Below are positions 15,030-26,582 of a stretch of DNA of 64,000 nucleotides, one piece after another; the first letter of the stretch is position 1; every line of letters starts with the position of its first letter. Origin of the DNA: Adineta vaga (taxonomy: Eukaryota; Animalia; Rotifera); contig CP075495.1 in NCBI GenBank assembly GCA_021613535.1, forward strand, positions 15,128,001 through 15,192,000, read 5' to 3'. Under the pieces are notes generated by a model. It did not search any database, had not been told where the DNA came from, and saw only the letters and a list, made by a program, of their open reading frames with translations. A program made the translations under genes and the position numbers.

Positions 15030-16093
15030 ATTCAATTGGTGTCAAGTATAATAACTCATTCGTATTTCTCACTACTTGTTTCATCAATACAGTGCTTTTC
15101 TCCAACAAAAGGATTGAAAATCTACTGTTACTTTTGTTAAATTTATATAATATGCAGTAAATCAATAAGAGATGCATCTCTAGCATCTCTAAAAGCATCC
15201 TTCGACATCCATGATCTGCGGGACATGTGACACCACTCTTTTTTCTAGTTTGCTTTTGTAAGTGTATGTGCTGATTAAAATAAAACAATTCCATTAAAAC
15301 GTTTTTTTTTCTCATTGGATATACAGCCTGATAAGAATATCAGTATCAAAACACTTGTTGTTTCGGTTGATAAAAATACGAGAAACATTGCAAATATTGG
15401 TATACGGTTGTCCTACAAATTTAGGTAAGTTATACACAAATAGATATGTATCTTATACTGCTATTTCGTAAAGTTTGGATCGTGTTTAAGTCGATGTGGT
15501 TAAATGTGTTGCTTTGTAATTTTTTAATAGAGATTCTCATACTATATATTATCGTGATGATATATTGTAAATTGTTTTATTGTTTTGATCGTCTACTATA
15601 AACTATATGATCAACAGCTAGAAAAGATTATATTGATGGTAAAATGCCAATTTAATGTGTCATCGTATTTGATAGGGTGGTATTTTATATGTAAATTTCG
15701 TTTTATTCGAAGCTGTATGATTTATCGTTAATGTTCTCTATACATATTGTTTCTTCTTTTTTGAGTACTGTAAGTATATAAAAACAAAGAAAACATACAT
15801 GCAGACATACGCTGATAAGACAATGACAATAACATTTAATAGCGATATCTTTCGTTCTTGTATACTAAATACATGATTAGTCAATATACAAATTGAATGA
15901 GTGATTATTTTTTTTTGTTTTCGCCTATTGCGTATATATTTCAAGGGAAGGGACAAGCGATGAGAAGAACGTACTTATCATCACCTATTTCTACTGTTGA
16001 AGATAACAGGAAAAAAAAACTTTCGCTCTATTAAGATAATGATTTGAAATATTGATTGAATAGATGTGTTAAAATATCTGTTGATGAGAACTA

Positions 16094-18151
16094 ATGGCAC
16101 TGGAATCAGATTTTTCAATATTAAAAGATGATAATTTCGAAACTTATTCACTTATTTGGCTTGATCCATCAGTGAATTCTGAATCTTCGAATGAAACTCG
16201 AATAAAACTTCGATCATTTATTAGTTATTTACAATTATTTGAAGATGTTGAACAATGCGAAAATCATCTTCAAACTATTTCCGTATATGATCGTGTTATT
16301 TTTGTTACAAATGGAGATTTTGCACAGAAATTAATCAATAAAGTTCATTTACTTCAACAAATATTTTCGATCTATATCTATTCAACAAATAAACAACTTC
16401 TCCAACAATGGAGCCAACAATACTTCAAAGTAACGAATCCATCTTGAGTTTTTCTCTCGTTAAGTAAAGTATCTACTTGTTAATTTCAGATAAAAGGAAT
16501 CTTTGAAGATTTCAATGAATTAATTAATCAACTTCAATCTGATCAAGTTCGCCGAAGACAAGACAGATGTGATGAACCCATATCGATGAGTATATTTGAT
16601 GAAAATAATGATTGTGAACAATCAACAACTGGACTTGATGGTCGATTTCTTCATTCTCAATTATTAATATCATGTCTTCTTCGAATGGAAAGTTCATCAC
16701 AAGATAGACATGAACTTGTTGCCAAATGTCGAAAACTTTATAAAGAAATTCCAAATCAATTAAAAATTGTCGATGAATTCGAAAAAGAATATTCATCGGA
16801 AGAATCATTAAGATGGTATACAAGAGAATCATTCCTCTATCGATTATTAAATAAAGCATTACGAGTTCAAAATATTGATTTTCTTTTTCTCTTTCGTTTT
16901 TTTATTCATGATCTCGAAAAACAACTTCATCAACGACGACATTCCACGCCTATTCGAGTTTATCGAGGTCAATTAATGGCGATTGAAGAATTGAATATTT
17001 TACAGAAATCCAAAGGAAAATTTATTTCAGTCAATTCATTTTTCTCTACAAGTTCTAATCGTGAATTGGCATTGTTATATCTTGGTAATCATAGTGCTGA
17101 TCAATCTTTATATCGAATTTTATTTGAAATCGATGCCGATCCAAGAAAAATTGATGTGAAATCATTTGCTGATCTTTCAAGTTTAAGTTATTTTCCTGAA
17201 GATGAATTTTTGATGGCATTAGGATCAGTTTTTTGTATAAAAAATGTTTATCTTGGTCAAAATCAAATTTGGTTTATTGAAATGAGTTTATCTAGTAATA
17301 ATGATGGTGATTTACAAGATACGTTCTTTCATATGCATAATCAATATAATACAAATAATAAAGATTTACTTCTATTAGGAAATCATCTGATTGATATGGC
17401 AAATTTTGATGATGCAGAAAAATATCTTTGTCGATTATTAAAACAATTATCAACAAAAGATAAAGATATTTGTAAGTGTTATCATGGACTAAGTAAAGTT
17501 TCATTTGAAAAAGGAAATTATCCTCTATGCTTGAACTATCTTAAAAAAGCTTGCACAATTTTACAAAAAATTGATTCAAATGATACAGGAATCGGTTATC
17601 TTTATAATAGTATGGGAGAAGTTTATCAAAAACAAGGTGATCAAAAACGCGCATTAGAATATTATTATTTAGCATTGACAACTTTTGAAAGAAAATTCGA
17701 TCGAAATGATGAAAATATTGCTTGGTGTTATAATAATTTAGGTATTGTTTATCTTGAACAAGAAGTTTATTACATTGCACGTGGTTATTTTTCACAAGCT
17801 TTGAAAATTAAAACCAAATTACTTCCACCAAAACATCCTTGTCTCGGTAATACATATAATAATCTTGCTAATGTTCATTATTATCTAAAAGAATATGATC
17901 AAGCATTGGAAAATTATCAAATATGTTATGAAATCTTCCAAAAATCGCTTACAGTACGACATCCTTCGATTGCAAGAGTTTTGAAAAATATTGGAATTGT
18001 TTATGAAGCCAAACGTGAATTTCAGAAAGCCTTAAAACACTATCAAAAAGCAGCGGCGATTCGAGAGAAAATTATGTTAACAACACATCCGGATTGGATT
18101 GAAATCAAAAATGATCTTATTCGTGTTTTATCCAAATTAAAATTAAAATAG
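16094..18151 (+). CDS. ADP-ribosyltransferase (R-S-E type)-TPR protein, copy 1; exons 16094-16429 and 16490-18151 (~665 aa)
   Basis: Intron 16430-16489 joins the 117-aa and 521-aa ORFs in frame. ART motifs 'VYRGQ', 'FFSTS', 'FPEDEFL'; C-terminal TPRs ('YNNLG', 'YNNLANVHY', 'KNIGIVY'). Confidence 0.9.
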
Positions 18152-18359
18152 ATAAACAAAAATATGCGCTTTTATAGATGTGGTAGTTTCTTTTCTTTCT
18201 CTTCATAGTACATATTGTTTTAAAATATGGTTTGTATATTTGCAATAATGAAACTCCGGAATTATTTTCAAAGAATATTCTTTTGCTTATCAGGAAAATA
18301 AAGATTGAATGAAACGATTTTATTATGTCATCATGAATATTTCACAATTTTAAAATCTT

Positions 18360-18545
18360 TCAAAGAAATTGTTGAAATCCTGGTTTAGTAACAGCTTTGG
18401 TACATCCACAAGCTGATCTGCAACATTTTTCATCATCGGCACATTCACTATCATCTCTGCATCCAGCTTTTTTGTCAGAGAGCAATGAAAGTGAATTAGG
18501 TGAACAATAAATAGCACACGTCATTACGTGCATTGAACAAAAGCC
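18360..18545 (-). pseudogene. WAP (four-disulfide core) gene copy 1: exon 2 only, one Cys deleted
   Basis: Homologous to 26005-26207 and keeps the acceptor, but the sequence turns unrelated at ~18570 and the signal-peptide exon is absent. A 12-nt deletion removes NRCT. Confidence 0.7.
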
Positions 18546-19567
18546 TACAAAAAAAATGAGATGAAAGTTTGCGGTAGCGGTGTATCCAAGGCCTGGCATG
18601 ACCCGGCAGGTAGGTTTAGCGATGTGAAATATGTTAAAACTACTGCACGCAGTAGTATGCTTGACTTCACTCCAAGTGATTTATTCTTAGTCACCACTGA
18701 AAGAGACTTCCATATGGATTGTCAAAATAGAATTCATTTTTTTGTCGCTCAAGATGGAAGAAGTCGAATACTATTAGAACAACTCAGTTTTCTTTACTAT
18801 TTAATTTCTATTTAAACTTTGGTGATTGCCGTCGCGCCGCATAGGTGAAGGGTGGAAATAGAACGGTATTCTTTCTTTTGATATAACCACAAGTAAGACT
18901 CGTCTGAGGATTTACTCAGCTGATTGGTAAAGTATAATAGCGTTTCTAAACTATGACCAGACTATTAATTTATAAGATTTAAACAGAAAAGAAGTCATTT
19001 CGAGTTGCTCGACTACGATTGCCTTTAGCTAAGTTTGCTGGAGAATAATTGGATATAGAACACTTATAGTTTGCGTCAAAGATGTCGAAATGATGAGGTT
19101 GTTGAGGCTGCGACGCCTCGCGCAATATTGGAAAATTTAACTTCTTTAGCTCACCAGTTTTTCAAAATTCTAATAATATTCAGAAAATTTTGCAGAAACT
19201 ATTGACTCTCCCTCTATTTTTTGCCTTTTGATAAGCACTTGTGAAAATTATAGATTCAACAGTTTTTTTATTGATTTAGTCAAAAATATGCGATAAAGTA
19301 TTATTTTTCTGTTTTTATCTGAATCGAAAATATTTATTTATAAATTAAATGTTTAAGACTATGAGAGTGCGTTGCTTGTTTGATAGAAAGAAGTTGATCC
19401 TCACATTTTTCATTTATAAAATAATACCATGAATTTTGCTTTGGTTGATATTATTGTCAAGTGGCGCTATCTATTAATCACTCTTGGCCTCGAAAACGAG
19501 CTGATCGTGAGAGAGGCAGAAGTATAGTAGGAATGGTTATCTCATTCTATTAACACTTAACTTACAG

Positions 19568-21220
19568 TACAATATAGGAAGCAACAGGAAAAAATGACCA
19601 GTTCAGGAAATCTTGGTGACCCAGGGCGAGTAATCCGGGATCCGGATCCCGTCGGATCCTGTCGGAAACCCTACTAAATCCGATGAATTCCGACAGGAAT
19701 CCGACAACTTCCGACAGGATCCGTGTCGGAAATCGCCGGAATCTTTAGTACAGGAATCCGACCGGAAATGGTCGGATGTCGGATCCGCCGATTTCCGACA
19801 CCCGGATCCGATAGTCGGAAAATCTCGGAACCGACAGGATCCAGCAGGTTTTTTACAGGTTTTCATGCCCAGGATTTCCATTACTTTTTTTCAAATTTTA
19901 TATTTACGTATATTCATTTATTGAAATTATTTATAAAAAAAAGACAAATAGATAGTTGAAAAACAATTTTTACCTATGGAATCTTTTCATAGAAAAGATT
20001 TTTTTAAACTGTTAGTATATAAAAAAAAATTTCAAATAAAATATTCGATTCTAAAATGAAAACAAAATACAATTGTTAATAAAAAATTTTTACAAATCTA
20101 ATTCGAGTAGAACGGAAGTACAAATGACTGTATCATGTCGAAGAAATGAACGAATGAAATGAACATTTTTTCAATCAGATCGTCACATGACTTGCTGACC
20201 ATCTAGAAAAACTGTTAATAGATGTCGCTTAAGCGTACAGTTAATCTTTCTAAATAATAAACATCTACTTCTTGCAAACATACTGATAAATATCAGTTAT
20301 AATGAGTCAAATATTGTCTAAAGACCATTGAAAAACCTATCACGAGTAAGAATTGACTGAAGTAGATTACATAGTATTTGATAGTATAAAGCCTTGACGG
20401 TTCCGACACTTTCCGACAGTCGGATTATGTGAGATCCGACAGGTTCCGTATGTCGGAACTCTCTGGATCCTGCTGTCGAATCCTGGATGCGCCGACCATC
20501 GGAATGTAACGGAAACTAAAGGATCTTATACGAAATCCGATCATCGGAATCCCATCAAATCCGACCGTCGGATGTTGCCGGATTATATAGGGATCCGACA
20601 GGATCCGATGGGATGGTTTCGACCTGGGGATGCAGCACTGAAAATAATTGCTGCTGAAACTTTAGACAAAAACTCATCTGTTTATCAAGAGAATCTCTCT
20701 AAAGTAATTATCACAATAACACCACATTTCATCATTATTTTTATTTTTTCTTCTTTCTTCAAAGATGTTACAAGAATGTTTTCAAATTCTGGAACATGTA
20801 TCTGTTACTAACGAATCTAATGAAGTATCATTATTAAACATGTTAAAAATTCGTGCGCATAAAATACGTATTTTCTCATGGAATGGTAGTATCAATCAGT
20901 TAGATAGTAAGTCTGGAAATTTCATCACCTTAACTTATTACTTTATTTTTAGCGATACAAGAAAGTTGTTATGAATTAGGAAAACTGGAGTACTCAATGA
21001 ACAATGATGAAATGAATATTTTAAATGCAATGTTGTGAGTATTCTTTCTTGTTTTCATTCAATTTATGTCTCTTTTTTTAAATTTCATGCATTCAGTCGA
21101 AAGGCAGTTCATCAATCGATGAACTCTATTGCTAATGCCGTGAACCATCTGACCATAAACGGTAAGAAAAATTCAATTAGTCAGAGAGCAAAAATATCAC
21201 GAGGAAGGTGTCCTATGTAA
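19568..21220 (+). pseudogene. Spliced gene of unknown function interrupted by a DNA element
   Basis: Removing 19620-20628 plus one GA restores exon 'QYRKQQEKMTSSGNLGDAALKIIAAETLDKNSSVYQENLSK'. It then splices in consistent phase to exons 20765-20906, 20953-21034 and 21097 onward. Confidence 0.55.
19620..20628. mobile_element. Non-autonomous TIR element, CMC/EnSpm-like (CCCAGG termini, 2-bp TSD)
   Basis: Starts CCCAGGGCGA and ends TCGACCTGGG; GA on both flanks; GC-rich subterminal arrays of CCGAC/GGATCC in inverted orientation; AT-rich core. Confidence 0.8.
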
Positions 21221-21873
21221 AAAAAAGATTGATTAATCGGGTGAAAATCGATTTTGTTTGAAAAAATTATGCAAAATCGATTAATTATAGTCGTTTTCCA
21301 CTAAATTTTACGAAAAAATTGATTCTCATCGATTTCATAATAATAACCCAATAAAATACACTTTATACTGAAAAATCGTAGAAAATTATTCAAAACAGAA
21401 TCAGTCTTATCCGATTTCTCTTTAATTTGTTAAAATAGATTTTTCCATATGTAACCTAACGGAATCATTAGTATCAGAAGAATTTTAATCGATTAAGACA
21501 CATTTTTCTAAAAACGAATCAATGGAAATCAGTTTTTTTGGAGCAATCAAAATAATCAATTAAAACAGATTTTTTTAATTAAAAGGCTAATCAATTTTAA
21601 CTCCGCTGATCCAGAAACTGAGTTTTTCTGGAGTTTGAGTCAGTCAGATCAAAATTTTGATCACTATTTCTGAATCTTCGCGTCGATACGCGTATTATAC
21701 TATGGTAGTTTTTATAGGTGAACACTTTGGACTTTACGAATAGTGGGATTTAAACTAACTACACAATTGCAATTAATTAAGAAAAGATGAAAGATCTAAT
21801 ACTAGAATTATTGATTTTTAAATAGAAATAATCGATTGTAATCGGGTTCTCTGATCGCTTTCTTCTACATGAG
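21212..21873. mobile_element. Possible degenerate TIR element related to 30420-31532
   Basis: Ends CCTATGTAAAAAAA ... TTCTTCTACATGAG, with many AATCG/CGATT motifs; TSD not convincing. Confidence 0.3.
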
Positions 21874-22178
21874 CGTTCATGCCCAGCAGGTTTTAGAGCA
21901 ATTGAAAATTTGCGCATTTTTTTAAGATGGCATATTGAAACATACAGCAAACAATCTGATTATTTATGGTGATGAAATTTGTTTACAACTATTTAATGGG
22001 TACATCGATCTAATTTTTTTGAGATGGTTTCATATAAAGTCGAAACAATTTTAATTAAGCATCTTTGAAATAACTAAAACAAGTTAATTTTTATCGATTT
22101 TTTTTCTTTCTGTTTAGACCAATAAAAAACTCCGCAGTGCTTCTTCGTCACCTCGAAAAAAGCTCACAAAAACAAGTA

Positions 22179-23766
22179 ACGGGTGTCACAAAATGAATGA
22201 GCCTCTCCGTATTTTTCATTTTTCTCCCCTATTTTTCGGCATGGGAAAGCAAATTTTTTTATCAAAAGATTCCTCGTCAAATTCTCTACAAACGTAGATA
22301 CTTTTATTATCTTAACTAATTTCCACCATTCTGTGACATACGATACAATCTATTGGTCCAAGAAGCACAACTTTCAAAGACAATATTTTTTCGAATTTTT
22401 TTTACTGCACGTTTTAATTCTTGGATCAATGTTGGTTTAGATGTCACTTTATTCCAGTTGATCACCTTCACAAATTCATCCCAAATACAGTAATCCAATG
22501 GGTTAAGATCAGGGCTGTTAGGTGGCCAATGGTCTTTATCAATAAATACTGGAAAATTGTCTCGATCCTCTTTTTTTATTTTCTCAACATTTTTTGCAAA
22601 AGATTCAGTTTTTTGATAATGAAAAGCGAAGATTTACAGAAAGTGGTAGCCTTGAAACATCAAAATGGTGACAATCCAACGAAGGTTTTTCGTGATTTGA
22701 ATGGGGTAATCGGTTTAGCAACTATCAAAAGATGGTACAAAATGATTGATGAAACTGGTTCTATCAATTTATCAGTGTCATCAGGTCGTCCACGTACAGC
22801 TCGAACGAATGCCAACATCAAGAAGGTCAAGCAAAAGCTACAACGAAAAAAGATATCGACTAGAGGACTTGCACTTGATCTGAGTATATCGCACGAAAGT
22901 GCTCGCAGAATTCTTCGGGATGATCTTGGCTGTCGACCTTATAAACATGTGATCGAACCAGCACTTACCGAAGAGCAGAAAGAAAAAAGAAAAAAGTTTG
23001 CCAATTGGATACGAACAAATTTTCGAAAGCAGGAAACATTGAAAATTCTGTTTTCTGACGAAAAAATGTTCGACATTGATGGAGCTTACAATAGCCAGAA
23101 CGATCGTATATGGGCTGCAAATCGTGATGAAGCTAATCAGAAAGGTGGTATTCATCAGAAAAAAAAATTTCCTGAAAAAGTCATGGTATGGCTTGGTGTA
23201 TGTTCCAAAGATGTATCTCCATTGGTGATATTTGAAAAAGGTACAGTCAACCATGATCGATACATTAAGGAGGTGCTTCCTGTGGCACTTAAATATGGAA
23301 ATCATGTGTTTGGAAACGATTGGACATTCCAACAAGATGGGGCTAGACTCCATACTCATCGTTTAACACAACAATGGTGTCATGACAATTTTCCAGCATT
23401 TATTGATAAAGACCATTGGCCACCTAACAGCCCTGATCTTAACCCATTGGATTACTGTATTTGGGATGAATTTGTGAAGGTGATCAACTGGAATAAAGTG
23501 ACATCTAAACCAACATTGATCCAAGAATTAAAACGTGCAGTAAAAAAAATTCGAAAAAATATTGTCTTTGAAAGTTGTGCTTCTTGGACCAATAGATTGT
23601 ATCGTATGTCACAGAATGGTGGAAATTATTTAAGATAATAAAAGTATCTACGTTTGTAGAGAATTTGACGAGGAATCTTTTGATAAAAAAATTTGCTTTC
23701 CCATGCCGAAAAATAGGGGAGAAAAATGAAAAATACGGAGAGGCTCATTCATTTTGTGACACCCGT
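22179..23766 (+). mobile_element. Tc1/mariner superfamily maT (DD37D) transposon with 383-bp inverted arms
   Basis: TA on both flanks (22177-78, 23767-68); termini ACGGGTGTCACAAAATG; 22179-22561 is the reverse complement of 23384-23766. Confidence 0.93.
22619..23638 (+). CDS. DD37D transposase (339 aa), intact
   Basis: HTH-type N-terminus, 'FSDEKMF', 'FQQDGA', 'WPPNSPDLNPLDY'; 37 residues between the second and third Asp. The ORF-track start at 22421 is read-through of the inverted arm. Confidence 0.92.
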   Translation: MKSEDLQKVVALKHQNGDNPTKVFRDLNGVIGLATIKRWYKMIDETGSINLSVSSGRPRTARTNANIKKVKQKLQRKKISTRGLALDLSISHESARRILRDDLGCRPYKHVIEPALTEEQKEKRKKFANWIRTNFRKQETLKILFSDEKMFDIDGAYNSQNDRIWAANRDEANQKGGIHQKKKFPEKVMVWLGVCSKDVSPLVIFEKGTVNHDRYIKEVLPVALKYGNHVFGNDWTFQQDGARLHTHRLTQQWCHDNFPAFIDKDHWPPNSPDLNPLDYCIWDEFVKVINWNKVTSKPTLIQELKRAVKKIRKNIVFESCASWTNRLYRMSQNGGNYLR

Positions 23767-23956
23767 TAGCACACCATCTGCGATGGCTTCCATTTCTTCT
23801 ATTACGAAAAACATATCCAATAGTTCCGAATTCATCGACCAAATTCTTCGTAAATTCAAATAATAACCATGAACGTCTTGTCATATAAAAAACATAAAAC
23901 AATGTTTTTTCTCTTGATATCTGTTTCTATGTTCTTTTTCTCATTTTTTTTATACA

Positions 23957-24228
23957 ATGAAAAGTTACCTATCAACAGTATTGTTGGTTCTTAGTGATTT
24001 TACCAGGAAATTTCTTTGTAAAATTCATTCACTACAACAAATATTTGCAACTGATATTCACTCAACACCCAATTAATCATTTGATCGACAACGAATTTAT
24101 CAACATTGTAGAGTAAGTCTTAATTTTTCTTCTTAAATTAAACATAATTGTTATAATTATTATTGAATCAAAGAAATTTTTCAAGAGCTTAATCACTTAA
24201 TTGATGAAATCAAAAGAGATCAATTTCG
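23957..24228 (+). pseudogene. Decayed, diverged 5' part of ART-TPR copy 2
   Basis: 'SDFTRKFLCKIHSLQQIFATDIHST' aligns with copy 1 'GDFAQKLINKVHLLQQIFSIYIYST'. Stop at 24074, donor at 24113, acceptor lost, then 'IKEIFQELNHLIDEIKRDQF' (copy 1: IKGIFEDFNELINQLQSDQV), out of frame with ATG 24229. Confidence 0.75.
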
Positions 24229-25794
24229 ATGAGTCTATTTGATGAAAATAATGATTGTGAACAATCAACAACTGGACTTGATGGTCGATTTCTTCATTCT
24301 CAATTATTAATATCATGTCTTCTTCGAATGGAAAGTTCATCACAAGATAGACATGAACTTGTTGCCAAATGTCGAAAACTTTATAAAGAAATTCCAAATC
24401 AATTGAAAATTGTCGATGAATTTGAAAAAGAATATTCATCGGAAGAATCATTAAGATGGTATACAAGAGAATCGTTCCTCTATCGATTATTAAATAAAGC
24501 ATTACGAGTTCAAAATATTGATTTTCTTTTTCTCTTTCGTTTCTTTATTCATGATCTCGAAAAACAACTTCAGCAACGACGACATTCCACACCTATTCGA
24601 GTTTATCGAGGTCAATTAATGGCGATTGAAGAATTGAATATTTTACAGAAATCCAAAGGAAAATTTATTTCAGTCAATTCATTTTTCTCTACAAGTTCTA
24701 ATCGTGAATTGGCATTGTTATATCTTGGTAATCATAGTGCTGATCAATCTTTATATCGAATTTTATTTGAAATCGATGCCGATCCAAGAAAAATTGATGT
24801 GAAATCATTTGCTGATCTTTCAAGTTTAAGTTATTTTCCTGAAGATGAATTTTTAATGGCATTAGGATCAGTTTTTTGTATAAAAAATGTTTATCTTGGT
24901 CAAAATCAAATTTGGTTTATTGAAATGAGTTTATGTAGTAATAATGATGGTGATTTACAAGATACGTTCTTTCATATGCATAATCAATATAATACAAATA
25001 ATAAAGATTTACTTCTATTAGGAAATCATCTGATTGATATGGCAAATTTTGATGATGCAGAAAAATATCTTTGTCGATTATTAAAACAATTATCAACAAA
25101 AGACAAAGATATTTGTAAGTGTTATCATGGACTAAGTAAAGTTTCATTTGAAAAAGGAAATTATCCTCTATGTTTGAACTATCTTAAAAAAGCTTGCACA
25201 ATTTTACAAAAAATTGATTCAAATGATACAGGAATCGGTTATCTTTATAATAGTATGGGAGAAGTTTATCAAAAACAAGGTGATCAAAAACGCGCATTAG
25301 AATATTATTATTTAGCATTGACAACTTTTGAAAGAAAATTCGATCGAAATGATGAAAATATTGCTTGGTGTTATAATAATTTAGGTATTGTTTATCTTGA
25401 ACAAGAAGTTTATTACATTGCACGTGGTTATTTTTCACAAGCTTTGAAAATTAAAACGAAATTACTTCCACCAAAACATCCTTGTCTCGGTAATACATAT
25501 AATAATCTTGCTAATGTTCATTATTATCTAAAAGAATATGATCAAGCATTGGAAAATTATCAAATATGTTATGAAATCTTCCAAAAATCGCTTACAGTAC
25601 GACATCCTTCGATTGCAAGAGTTTTGAAAAATATTGGAATTGTTTATGAAGCCAAACGCGAATTTCAGAAAGCCTTAAAACACTATCAAAAAGCAGCGGG
25701 AATTCGAGAGAAAATTATGCTAACAACACATCCGGATTGGATTGAAATCAAAAATGATCTTATTCGTGTTTTATCCAAATTAAAGTTAAAATAG
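24229..25794 (+). CDS. ART-TPR copy 2, N-terminally truncated (521 aa)
   Basis: Four amino-acid differences from 16586-18151 (I/L, H/Q, S/C, A/G); catalytic motifs retained. Confidence 0.8.
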   Translation: MSLFDENNDCEQSTTGLDGRFLHSQLLISCLLRMESSSQDRHELVAKCRKLYKEIPNQLKIVDEFEKEYSSEESLRWYTRESFLYRLLNKALRVQNIDFLFLFRFFIHDLEKQLQQRRHSTPIRVYRGQLMAIEELNILQKSKGKFISVNSFFSTSSNRELALLYLGNHSADQSLYRILFEIDADPRKIDVKSFADLSSLSYFPEDEFLMALGSVFCIKNVYLGQNQIWFIEMSLCSNNDGDLQDTFFHMHNQYNTNNKDLLLLGNHLIDMANFDDAEKYLCRLLKQLSTKDKDICKCYHGLSKVSFEKGNYPLCLNYLKKACTILQKIDSNDTGIGYLYNSMGEVYQKQGDQKRALEYYYLALTTFERKFDRNDENIAWCYNNLGIVYLEQEVYYIARGYFSQALKIKTKLLPPKHPCLGNTYNNLANVHYYLKEYDQALENYQICYEIFQKSLTVRHPSIARVLKNIGIVYEAKREFQKALKHYQKAAGIREKIMLTTHPDWIEIKNDLIRVLSKLKLK

Positions 25795-26004
25795 ATGAAC
25801 AAAAATATGCGCTTTTATAGATGTGGTAGTTTCTTTTGTTTTTCTCTTCATAGTACATATTGTTTTAAAATATGGTTTGTATATTTGCTATACTGTAACT
25901 CCGGAATTATTTTTAAAGAATGTTCTTTTATTTATCAGGAAAATAAAGATTGAATGAAACGATTTTATTATGTCATCATGAATATTTCACAATTTTAAAA
26001 TCTT

Positions 26005-26357
26005 TCAAAGAAATTTTTGAAATCCTGGTTTAGCAACAGCCTTGGTACATCGGTTAGTACATCCACAAGCTGGTCGACAACATTTTTCATCAGCATCACA
26101 TTCATTGTCAGCGCGACAACCACCAATTTGTCGTGGAGATAATATCAATGAAATTGGATTAGGTGGACAGTAGATAGCACACGTCATTATATGCATTGGA
26201 CAAAAACCTATTAGAAATGAAAATTTTATCTTCTCTTTTCGAAATGTTTTCAAGACAAATCCTTACCAACATGTGCTGCTTGAAGATCTGGTACTAAACT
26301 TAAGGCAGTACTATAGCAGATCAAGACAACGAGTGAGATAAGAGCAAGAAAACGCAT
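26005..26357 (-). CDS. Secreted WAP-domain protein (97 aa); exons 26357-26267 and 26207-26005
   Basis: Signal peptide MRFLALISLVVLICYSTALS; 59-nt GT-AG intron; 'GFCP..C...C...CRADNECDADEKCCRPACGCTNRC' WAP cysteine pattern. Confidence 0.85.
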
Positions 26358-26582
26358 TTTTACTGATGAAAATAAGGATATCAATGAGAGGAGGAGCAAT
26401 ATATAGCAATGTGAAATAACATCTGTATTTTTTTCTCTCGTTATTCACTTTCGATATTTAATCACGTAGAAAAACAAAATCATTTTTACTTCACTTATCT
26501 TATTGATAAACACTTAATTATAGAATCAAGTTTTTATTGATTTAATCAAAAATATTTTTCTCTGTCTATGAATTTAAAATAT

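Noticed and set aside
19603-19959. 92-aa and 78-aa ORFs, and a possible CRISPR-like array
   Set aside because: By-products of GC-rich subterminal TE repeats; no constant repeat-spacer period and no cas genes.
21679-21710. CGCGT-CGAT-ACGCG hairpin as a Helitron 3' end
   Set aside because: No properly placed CTRR terminus and no identifiable 5' TC end.
22316-22618. Separate 60-aa gene and an N-terminal extension of the transposase
   Set aside because: Both come from the inverted copy of the transposase 3' end.
22838-23359. 173-aa antisense ORF
   Set aside because: Shadow of the transposase with no recognisable motifs.
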